Positions 25,598 to 33,129 of a DNA stretch of 64,000 nt are shown here, piece by piece. The notes beneath the pieces are model-generated. The model ran no database searches, was not told where the DNA came from, and was given only the letters and a program-made list of their open reading frames with translations. Position 1 is the first letter of the stretch; each line of letters starts with the position of its first letter. The translations under genes and the position numbers were made by a program. The stretch is taken from assembly GCA_018897195.1 (NCBI GenBank), contig JAHILH010000001.1:156565-220564 (forward strand), in the 5' to 3' direction. This DNA is from Patescibacteria group bacterium. Its GTDB lineage: Bacteria; Patescibacteriota; Patescibacteriia; Patescibacteriales; UBA12075.

Positions 25598-27346
25598 CTA
25601 CGAGTTACATTCTTTAAAAATTTTACTAGTACATTTCGCACAAATGTCTTTATCTAGGAGAGAATAAATCTTGGCAATCGCCTCCGGTTTAGAATGACAA
25701 ATATGCTTATCGCCGATCACTTCCATTAAGCCTGATTTTTGCATTTCAGTCATAATGTAAGGACTGACATTGCTAAAATAAACATCTTTATCATGTTTTC
25801 TGTATTTTTTAATAATATTTGACAACATATCGAAACCAGCTAAATCAACTGTGCTGACACTACTGAATACGATTAAAACTATTTTGTGATCCGGGTTTTC
25901 TTCATTAATTCTGTTAATTGAATGCTCAACGTGTTCAGTTGAACCGAAGAAGATTGAGCCATCAATTTTGATCAAAGTTAATTGCGGACATTTTGGCAAT
26001 TCATCACTGGCCACCATTCTTCTTCTTGGGTGATTATTATCGGGAACGTAACAGGAAACGTGTGGCTTGGCTGTGTTGCGCAAATAAATTGCAATCGAAA
26101 GCAAAACGCCAACAAAGATTGCAAATTCTAATTCAATAAAGAGGGTTGATAAAAAAGTAATTACCAATAAAGAAGCTTCGCTCTTATTAGCCTTGATAAT
26201 GTTCTTGATGTGATGAAAGTCTATTAAACCATAAGCGACCAAGAAAAGAATTGCAGCCATAACTGCGTTTGGCAAATAAGCTGCCAAAGGCGCGACAAAT
26301 AAAACTATAATACTCAAGAAGATAGCTGAGTACACAGAGGAGAATTGTGTTTTAGCGCCACTCTCATAATTTAGACCAGTTCGATTAAAGGATCCGCTAG
26401 CAGGATATGCTGAAAACATACTGCCAACAATATTAGAAATCCCCTGTCCGATTATTTCCTGATTGCCATTAATTTGTTGTCCAGATTTTAGCGCAATAGC
26501 TTTAGATATTGCTACGGCCTCAACAAGGGCTAGCATGGTAACTGCCAAGGCAGGAGAAGCTAGTTCCTTAATTGAACCGAACTTTATTAATGAAAATGAG
26601 AATGGTGGTAAAATACTTGGTAATGCTCCGACAGTTTTTATAGCCGTGGTGTCAAAACCATATTTACTAGTTAGGTAATAACCAAAGAAGCTACCTACCA
26701 GCATGGCTGGGATCATATAGGGAATTTTTGGAAATTTTTTCTTCAAAATAAGGCCGATAATTAAAGTTAGAGAACTAACGGCCACGATGTAAGGATTGAT
26801 TTTATCAAGATGTAGTAAAAACTCATGAATGGTTTCGTAAAAAGAACTTCCTTGTGGTATCTTAACGCCAAAAAAATTCTTGATTTGACTGGATCCGATT
26901 AAGATTGCGGCGCCTGCAGTAAAGCCAACGACAACCGTATGTGAAATAAAATTCAGCAAGCGTCCAAATTTCAACCAACCCATTACTAATTGAATAATAC
27001 CCACTAATAATGAGATTGTTAAAATTAAACTAATATACTCTTGACTGCCTGGTTCTGCCATCGGGCTAACCGTTGCAAAGATAACTAATGAGATGGCTGT
27101 AGTCGGACCTGAGACTAGGTGCGCAGATGAGCCCCATAAAGCGGCCATGATAGCGGGTGCAATAGCTGCAAAAATACCGTATTGTGGTGGTAGACCAGCA
27201 ATAGTGGCAAAGGCCACGCCCTGAGGTAGTACGATAATGGCGCCAATCAGGCCAGCCATTGCGTCTTTTCTGGCTTTTTCTTTGTTATAACTTTTTAACG
27301 TTTCTATAAAGGGGAAAAACGATAAGACCTTTTCTTTTGATAACAT
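25598..27346 (-). CDS. SulP-family anion permease with C-terminal STAS domain
   Basis: Polytopic membrane protein (LIGAIIVLPQGVAFATIAGLPP, SGSFNRTG) with a STAS-like C-terminus. I prefer the start at ATG 27346 (MLSKEKV) over the upstream TTG in the track. Confidence 0.9.
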   Translation of the reverse strand: MLSKEKVLSFFPFIETLKSYNKEKARKDAMAGLIGAIIVLPQGVAFATIAGLPPQYGIFAAIAPAIMAALWGSSAHLVSGPTTAISLVIFATVSPMAEPGSQEYISLILTISLLVGIIQLVMGWLKFGRLLNFISHTVVVGFTAGAAILIGSSQIKNFFGVKIPQGSSFYETIHEFLLHLDKINPYIVAVSSLTLIIGLILKKKFPKIPYMIPAMLVGSFFGYYLTSKYGFDTTAIKTVGALPSILPPFSFSLIKFGSIKELASPALAVTMLALVEAVAISKAIALKSGQQINGNQEIIGQGISNIVGSMFSAYPASGSFNRTGLNYESGAKTQFSSVYSAIFLSIIVLFVAPLAAYLPNAVMAAILFLVAYGLIDFHHIKNIIKANKSEASLLVITFLSTLFIELEFAIFVGVLLSIAIYLRNTAKPHVSCYVPDNNHPRRRMVASDELPKCPQLTLIKIDGSIFFGSTEHVEHSINRINEENPDHKIVLIVFSSVSTVDLAGFDMLSNIIKKYRKHDKDVYFSNVSPYIMTEMQKSGLMEVIGDKHICHSKPEAIAKIYSLLDKDICAKCTSKIFKECNS

Positions 27347-27462
27347 AATTTTTTTCAAAAAAAAATAAAACCTCCTCAAAAAAAAAGAAAGTTTTCTTTA
27401 GATTATTAATAACAGTTTTAATTATACGGAATAAGTTAAAGTAAGTCAAATAATGAATTTCC

Positions 27463-27491
27463 TTGACTTTTTTTTCAAAATGTATTATAAA
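27463..27491 (+). promoter_or_regulatory. candidate typA promoter
   Basis: TTGACT (27463-27468), 17-nt spacer, TATAAA (27486-27491). Confidence 0.5.
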
Positions 27492-27552
27492 TAGGATAAG
27501 ATTTATTTATACATAAACTGCCTCATTATTAGGGGGTGGTTTTACTTTTTTT

Positions 27553-29349
27553 ATGGAAATTAGAAATATTGCCATTATCGCTCACGTAGATCATGGAAAA
27601 ACAACTTTAACAGATGCTTTAATGCGCCAAACCGGTATGTCAGCCGAGGGTGTTAGTATGGATAGCAATGCTCTTGAACAAGAAAGAGGAATTACGATCT
27701 ACTCTAAAAATACTTCTGTTTATTACAAAGACACAAAGATTAATATTGTGGACACTCCCGGACATGCTGACTTCGGCTCCGAAGTTGAGCGTGTTTTGCG
27801 TTCCATTGACTCTGTGCTTTTAGTAGTCGATGCGCAAGAAGGACCAATGCCTCAAACCAAATTCGTTTTGAAAAAATCTCTTGAATTAGGCTTGAAACCT
27901 ATTGTGGTTATCAATAAAATTGATAAACCGGCCGCTCGCCCTGATGAGGTAAAAGAAATGGTTTATGAATTATTCTTGGACTTAGGTGCTAATGATGAGC
28001 AATTAGATTTTACAACTATTTATGCCATTGCTCGTGAAGGTATCGCGAAGATGAATATGGACGATGAGTCAAAAGACCTCTTCCCTATTTTGGATGTTGT
28101 TTTGAAAGAGGTGCCAATGGCATCAAGTGCTGAATTAGATGAAAGGCCTTTGAAAATGCAAACATTTAACCTAGCCTATGATAACTTCTTGGGCCGTCTT
28201 TCAATTAGCCGTATTTATGAAGGTAAAGTAAAAGCTGGACAAAAAGTAATTATCAAGGGTGTTGGCGATACAAGCCGTGAGGGAAAAGTTACTAAATTAT
28301 ATTCATTTGAAGGTTTAAAAAGAAAAGAAGTCACTGAGGCTTTTGCTGGTGATATCGTGATGACCGCTGGTTTGGCTGATATCTTTATTGGCGAAACTAT
28401 TTGTGAAAACGCTGACCAGGAAGCGCTCCCAGCTATCAATGTCGATGAGCCGACTATCTCTCTTAACTTCTTTGTAAATAGCTCCCCTTTTGCTGGTAAA
28501 GAAGGTAAATTCGTAACTAACAGACAGATTAAAGAACGTTTGGAAAAAGAATTAGAAATTAACGTTGGTTTGAAAATTGATTTTGATTTTATTGATCATT
28601 ATAAAGTGTATGGTCGTGGTGAAATGCACATCGCTATTTTATTAGAAAATATGCGTCGTGAAAATTACGAATTACAAATCTCCCAACCGCACGTTATTAT
28701 CAAGGAAGAAGGTGGTCACAAACTTGAACCGTTTGAGGAAGTAACTATCTCTGTTCCAGAAACAATGACAGGTACTGTAATCGAAAAATTATCCAAGCGT
28801 AAGGGTAATATGACAGAAATGAAGCCAGAACATGGCCATGTGCGAATCTTATTTGAAATCCCGACTCGTGGATTACTTGGCTACCGAAATGACTTTGTAG
28901 TTGATACTCGCGGTGAAGGTATTATGTATACTCGTGTAATCGGCTTTAAGCCACACGTGGGCAAGATTGAGAAACATGACGTTGGTTCTATGATCTCGAT
29001 GGCTACTGGCAAAGCGCTTGGTTTCTCCATCTTCAATCTTCAAGAACGTGGTTCAATGTATATTGCTGCTAATACTGAGGTTTATGAAGGTATGGTAATC
29101 GGCAATACTTCTAAGGGTGAAGATATGATGGTTAATCCAACCAAAGGCAAGCAATTAACTAATATGCGTGCGTCTGGCTCTGATGAGGCAATCCGTTTAA
29201 CTCCCCCATTGGAAATTACCTTGGAAAGAGGTATGAGTGTTATGAAAGATGATGAATACTTGGAAATTACTCCAAAGAACATTCGTCTTCGTAAACAGTA
29301 TTTGACTGAAAATGAAAGAGTAAGACTTGGTCGTAAGAAACAAGCGTAA
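27553..29349 (+). CDS. typA: translational GTPase TypA/BipA
   Basis: Motifs [19 protein letters not shown] and NKIDK. 598 aa, with an EF-G-like domain order lacking domain IV. Confidence 0.95.
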   Translation: MEIRNIAIIAHVDHGKTTLTDALMRQTGMSAEGVSMDSNALEQERGITIYSKNTSVYYKDTKINIVDTPGHADFGSEVERVLRSIDSVLLVVDAQEGPMPQTKFVLKKSLELGLKPIVVINKIDKPAARPDEVKEMVYELFLDLGANDEQLDFTTIYAIAREGIAKMNMDDESKDLFPILDVVLKEVPMASSAELDERPLKMQTFNLAYDNFLGRLSISRIYEGKVKAGQKVIIKGVGDTSREGKVTKLYSFEGLKRKEVTEAFAGDIVMTAGLADIFIGETICENADQEALPAINVDEPTISLNFFVNSSPFAGKEGKFVTNRQIKERLEKELEINVGLKIDFDFIDHYKVYGRGEMHIAILLENMRRENYELQISQPHVIIKEEGGHKLEPFEEVTISVPETMTGTVIEKLSKRKGNMTEMKPEHGHVRILFEIPTRGLLGYRNDFVVDTRGEGIMYTRVIGFKPHVGKIEKHDVGSMISMATGKALGFSIFNLQERGSMYIAANTEVYEGMVIGNTSKGEDMMVNPTKGKQLTNMRASGSDEAIRLTPPLEITLERGMSVMKDDEYLEITPKNIRLRKQYLTENERVRLGRKKQA

Positions 29350-29362
29350 ACAACTTCGATAT

Positions 29363-29396
29363 AAAAAAACGAGCGAATTAAATCGCTCGTTTTTTG
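29363..29396. terminator. bidirectional terminator after typA
   Basis: ACGAGCGA (29369-29376) pairs with TCGCTCGT (29383-29390). It is flanked by A7 and T5. Confidence 0.75.
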
Positions 29397-29476
29397 TTTT
29401 TCTCATCGCTCTACTGGAAAGCACATGTGCTGCGCCAGGCATAAGGTTGTTGTGAGGGGTGTTTTATGTGAGTGTG

Positions 29477-31390
29477 TTATTTCCTAATTTCAATTTCGAT
29501 TCTTCCTGGTTCGATTAATGCGGGAATCTTGGTAATAAAGGATGGGTAGAATTGAATTTCGTGCCCAGCTAGGTCTAAGTTGCCAGTTTTATCAATGTCG
29601 TTTAGATAGGCATTGACTTGATCTTTATTTAAGCCGATTAATTTCTCTTTGTCAATGACGTTAGAATTATCCTTTAAAGTAACCATGCCCTCAAAAGAAG
29701 CGCCGACGTTGGCGGTGCCGTTCTCGACATTAAAGTTGTTTAGTGAGTAGTTAATATTTTCACTGTCAAAACTAACTAATTCTTTATTATCGGCTAATGA
29801 TTTCATTAATTTATCTTTAGCAATTTCTGCAAATATCTTATTGCTAAAAGCGACAACTACTACTTTGGCTTCCATGCCAATCTGAAATTCGGAGATTTCT
29901 TCACCTACTTTATTATTGACAGTTGTAATGATGGAATTCTCATCTATCTTGTAAATTATCTTATCGTAATTACTGTAGCTGTCATTGACTTCCTTTTTGG
30001 CATTGTTTAATAATTCTTGTTTCAAGTCCTTGACGCCATTCCTAATGTCATCTTCGGAGATACTTTTTTTGACTTTTTGTTGATAGATAGCCGCTTCTGA
30101 ACTTTCAGCATAAATCTTGTCCTGGAGACCTGCCCATAGACCAGGAATGGTGAACTTGGACGCGCCAATCGCCATTTCTGGACTTGAATCATCGGCGTAA
30201 ATCTCAGCCTCAACTGATCCGTTTACGGGAATGTCGACGGTATTTTTTAGTCTAAATAATTTACCATCAGTTGATAATAATCTAGTACTCGCGACTAAAG
30301 GTTGATTTTTGATATAATTATTTACTAGTCTAACCTTGCCAATCACCTCTTTGCCCAAAACCTCTTCGTTTGTGGCAGGATATGTCTTGGAAAAACTAAC
30401 CGCTGTTTCTTTAACAACACCGATCACCTTTTCACCAACAGCCTCATCGACGTTTTGATTCTTTTCGGCATCCAGAACATCAAAAATTGCATTATTGCTA
30501 ATTCTTTCCTGACTAGGTATTAAAACTATCTTAACATGTATAAATGTGAAGTAGAAAACCGCCGCACCAACTGCCATTAATAATAATGCAAAAAAATAAG
30601 CAATTTTTTTATAAATACCAATAGCATGCGATGATAATTTGAAGACATTATTTTCATGCTCAATAACAGGGGTTTCTGGTACTTTTTTGGCATTTTCTGC
30701 GTCTGTCTTTGCGGCATTGGCGGCGGCAATGACCTTTTTTACGGCATCGCTTTCAACATTCCACAATCCATCCTGTTCTTCTGTTGCGCTTTCGATAATT
30801 TTCTCGTCAATTTTAATGGCGGCATCTGGCACTACAACAACAACATCTTTTTTCGCCTCGATTTTATTACTTTCAGCAATAACGGCTTCAACTGGTGATG
30901 TTGATGCGCCGTTGTCTGCGTCATTGCTAGTTTCTGCTGGAGTGGTTGCTGTGATATTTTCCACAGGCTTTTCTGTCCCCAGGGTTTCTGAGGTGGCAAT
31001 TAATTCATCGATATTATTTTGAATTTTACCTTTGATATTGATTTTAATAGCAATTTCCTCATCATCAGAATAACTGTCTTGGTTAATTGGACCATCTGAA
31101 TATAAAGTCTCTGCAGGCTTTTCAGCGCTAATCAATGGTTTAATAATTATTGGTTTTTTGTCTACCTTTTTCGTGCTTGTTTTTTTTACAGTTGATTTCT
31201 TAACCACTTTTTTTTCTTTAACAACTTTATCCTTAGTGGTAGCTATGGCACCCTCAATCTTTTTCGGTCTTCCCGCTTTCTTTTTTACAACAATATTCTC
31301 CGCGTTTACCTGAGTGATTTCTTCTTTTTGATTATCTTTTTTTTCTGCTGTCATAAAAAAATTATTAATTTCGATTGAGGAATCCGCCAC
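29477..31390 (-). CDS. bitopic membrane protein: Lys-rich/AT-hook-like N-terminus, one TM, large C-terminal outside domain
   Basis: 637 aa. KKAGRPKKIEG and KKVVKKSTVKKTSTKKVDKK lie near the N-terminus, followed by an acidic/Thr-rich low-complexity stretch. TM is IAYFFALLLMAVGAAVFYFTF, then about 360 aa. The start codon is uncertain (GTG 31390 or ATG 31354). I vaguely recall similar C-terminal domains annotated as baseplate-J-like in uncultivated lineages. This is unverified. Confidence 0.7.
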   Translation of the reverse strand: MADSSIEINNFFMTAEKKDNQKEEITQVNAENIVVKKKAGRPKKIEGAIATTKDKVVKEKKVVKKSTVKKTSTKKVDKKPIIIKPLISAEKPAETLYSDGPINQDSYSDDEEIAIKINIKGKIQNNIDELIATSETLGTEKPVENITATTPAETSNDADNGASTSPVEAVIAESNKIEAKKDVVVVVPDAAIKIDEKIIESATEEQDGLWNVESDAVKKVIAAANAAKTDAENAKKVPETPVIEHENNVFKLSSHAIGIYKKIAYFFALLLMAVGAAVFYFTFIHVKIVLIPSQERISNNAIFDVLDAEKNQNVDEAVGEKVIGVVKETAVSFSKTYPATNEEVLGKEVIGKVRLVNNYIKNQPLVASTRLLSTDGKLFRLKNTVDIPVNGSVEAEIYADDSSPEMAIGASKFTIPGLWAGLQDKIYAESSEAAIYQQKVKKSISEDDIRNGVKDLKQELLNNAKKEVNDSYSNYDKIIYKIDENSIITTVNNKVGEEISEFQIGMEAKVVVVAFSNKIFAEIAKDKLMKSLADNKELVSFDSENINYSLNNFNVENGTANVGASFEGMVTLKDNSNVIDKEKLIGLNKDQVNAYLNDIDKTGNLDLAGHEIQFYPSFITKIPALIEPGRIEIEIRK

Positions 31391-31504
31391 GGCGGACTAA
31401 CCATGTAAAAAGCTTTTAGCTTTTTTATCCACAAGTTTTAATATATGAATAATATAACAAATTTTTGGGTTTATGTCCAATTCGCGACTTTTTTCCTGTA
31501 AAAC

Positions 31505-31534
31505 AAAAAGATCATCCGTTGCGGATGATCTTTT
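31505..31534. terminator. terminator downstream of the tRNA-Glu pair
   Basis: GATCATCCG (31510-31518) pairs with CGGATGATC (31522-31530). It is flanked by A-runs and T-runs. Confidence 0.65.
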
Positions 31535-31542
31535 AATGCTTG

Positions 31543-31614
31543 TGATCCCTAGGAGAATCGAACTCCTGTTATCAGGATGAGAACCTGGTGTCCTAACCAT
31601 TAGACGAAGGGACC
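31543..31614 (-). tRNA. tRNA-Glu (anticodon CUC), no encoded CCA
   Basis: The reverse complement GGTCCCTTCGTCTAATGGTTAGGACACCAGGTTCTCATCCTGATAACAGGAGTTCGATTCTCCTAGGGATCA folds as a cloverleaf. Anticodon loop is TTCTCAT. T-arm is AGGAG-TTCGATT-CTCCT. Confidence 0.9.
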
Positions 31615-31676
31615 ATTTTTTGCGAAAATAAATAGCCCTATATGGGACTGTTGGTCGTGTGATTGTTATTAAATTG

Positions 31677-31748
31677 TGATCCCTAGGGGAATCGAACCCC
31701 TATTATCAGGATGAAAACCTGGTGTCCTAACCACTAGACGAAGGGACC
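31677..31748 (-). tRNA. tRNA-Glu (anticodon UUC), no encoded CCA
   Basis: The reverse complement GGTCCCTTCGTCTAGTGGTTAGGACACCAGGTTTTCATCCTGATAATAGGGGTTCGATTCCCCTAGGGATCA folds as a cloverleaf. Anticodon loop is TTTTCAT. Confidence 0.9.
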
Positions 31749-31790
31749 TTTTTCGGCAAAAAATAAATAGCCCTTTTCAGAGCTATTTGT

Positions 31791-31819
31791 ATTATATATT
31801 GAATAATAAAATATGTCAA
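31791..31819 (-). promoter_or_regulatory. promoter of the tRNA-Glu operon
   Basis: On the minus strand: TTGACA (31819-31814), 17-nt spacer, TATAAT (31796-31791). Both hexamers match consensus. Confidence 0.65.
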
Positions 31820-31895
31820 GAGTATTTTTTGGCACTAATTTTTATAAATAATGCTAAGATTAGCAAAATAACAAATATAATATTTTATTATATTT

Positions 31896-32723
31896 TTAAA
31901 TCCGAAAAAATATTCGCGCATTTCTAGTAGTTGTTTCCTCTATCGAATCAATACTTAAATTTTTAATCTCGGCAATTCTTTTGGCGACATAGGATACCAG
32001 GGCTGGTTCGTTGCGGCTGCCACGGAATGGTTCGGGGGTCATGTATGGGCAATCGGTTTCGATCATGTATTTATCTTTGGGAATTTTGCGGATGAGGTCG
32101 TCCCATTGTTTGCTAAATGTAATTAACCCAGTGAATGAAATAATAATACCGATGCCGAAATATTTCCAAGCGAGATCTTCATCTCCGGAAAAACAATGCA
32201 TGACTGCCCAGGGCCTATCTTTGGGAATTAGTTGGCGGTTTTCGCGGCGGAATTCATCAAGTAATTGGAGCATATCATCGTGGGCTTGGCGACAATGAAT
32301 AATGGCTGGCAAATCTAAACGTCTAGCTAGTAGTAATTGTTGATAAAAAACTTTTTTCTGTGTTTCTTTAATCTTGCTGACATCCTGGGTATTGTCGATA
32401 TGATAATAATCCAAGCCAATCTCCCCCACTGCGACCACTTTTTCAAACTTGGATAATTTTTCGTAAACGTCGTAATTGTATTCCTCGCCCGCGGTTGTAT
32501 AATCGTTTTCTTGATGTGCGTGTAGGTGAATTGGATGTAGGCCAACAGCGGCGTAAACACCTTTTTCGTATTTATTGGCATACTCCAATGCACGCTTAGA
32601 AGTTTTGTAATCAGCACCAACCACAATCTGCCAAGTCTTTTCAGACAAGGAGTTGCGGATAACTTCATCAGCGTCATCGCGGAAGTTTTTAAAATTTACG
32701 TGGGAGTGAGTATCGATGAACAT
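31896..32723 (-). CDS. tatD: TatD-family metal-dependent hydrolase/DNase
   Basis: Motifs FIDTHSHV, GEIGLDY, IHCR, HCFSG and ETDCPY. Confidence 0.9.
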   Translation of the reverse strand: MFIDTHSHVNFKNFRDDADEVIRNSLSEKTWQIVVGADYKTSKRALEYANKYEKGVYAAVGLHPIHLHAHQENDYTTAGEEYNYDVYEKLSKFEKVVAVGEIGLDYYHIDNTQDVSKIKETQKKVFYQQLLLARRLDLPAIIHCRQAHDDMLQLLDEFRRENRQLIPKDRPWAVMHCFSGDEDLAWKYFGIGIIISFTGLITFSKQWDDLIRKIPKDKYMIETDCPYMTPEPFRGSRNEPALVSYVAKRIAEIKNLSIDSIEETTTRNARIFFRI

Positions 32724-32761
32724 ATAGTGCGAATTTTTAATTTTGAATTTTTAATTTTAAA

Positions 32762-32777
32762 TAAGGATATATCCTTA
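32762..32777. promoter_or_regulatory. perfect 16-bp palindrome in the divergent tatD / small-peptide control region
   Basis: TAAGGATATATCCTTA equals its own reverse complement. It lies 39 nt from the tatD start and 51 nt upstream of the peptide gene -35 box. Confidence 0.55.
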
Positions 32778-32827
32778 TCCTCTTTTAATAGTATACCATT
32801 TTTTCCGGTTTATCAACTTTATCTTTT

Positions 32828-32856
32828 TTGACTTAAATGCTGATATTTTGTATAAT
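32828..32856 (+). promoter_or_regulatory. promoter of the Cys-rich peptide gene
   Basis: TTGACT (32828-32833), 17-nt spacer, TATAAT (32851-32856). Confidence 0.7.
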
Positions 32857-32920
32857 ATTATCGTCGTCGTTCTTTTCGGAATATATTTCCAAAACCTTCA
32901 ATCAAAAAAAGGAGGCTATC

Positions 32921-33079
32921 ATGATTGGAGAATCACAGAAAAAAATCTTCAATCCTCGTATCGAGATGTTTTCGGCATTCAGTCAACCATTTGCCACAAC
33001 CTCAACCAGCGTCATTGACACGTCATTGGAAAAAGCAGCTGCTTGTTGCGCATGCACGGCTTGCACTGCCTGTCGCTAA
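32921..33079 (+). CDS. 52-aa peptide with C-terminal CCACTACTACR (candidate RiPP precursor or metal-binding peptide)
   Basis: AAGGAGG (32909-32915) lies 5 nt before ATG 32921. Translation: MIGESQKKIFNPRIEMFSAFSQPFATTSTSVIDTSLEKAAACCACTACTACR. It has its own promoter and terminator. The track start at 32837 lies inside the promoter. Confidence 0.55.
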   Translation: MIGESQKKIFNPRIEMFSAFSQPFATTSTSVIDTSLEKAAACCACTACTACR

Positions 33080-33094
33080 CCAAAAAACCTCAAC

Positions 33095-33127
33095 AAAGAT
33101 CTCTGCACGCAGGGATCTTTCTTTTAT
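33095..33127 (+). terminator. hairpin plus U-tract immediately after the peptide ORF
   Basis: AGATCTCTGC (33097-33106) pairs with GCAGGGATCT (33109-33118) with one G-U pair. ttcttttat follows. The next ATG is at 33130. Confidence 0.55.
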
Positions 33128-33129
33128 AT

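Noticed and set aside
29401-29476. GC-richer stretch with 12-bp palindrome AGCACATGTGCT (29420-29431) as another copy of the repeat family
   Set aside because: It shares only a short gtgagggg-like string with the 19023/63237 repeats. It is too short and too dissimilar to call.
32732-32759. Possible CRISPR or tandem-repeat array
   Set aside because: There are only two copies of an AT-rich 14-mer with no spacers. I saw no repeat-spacer periodicity anywhere in the window.
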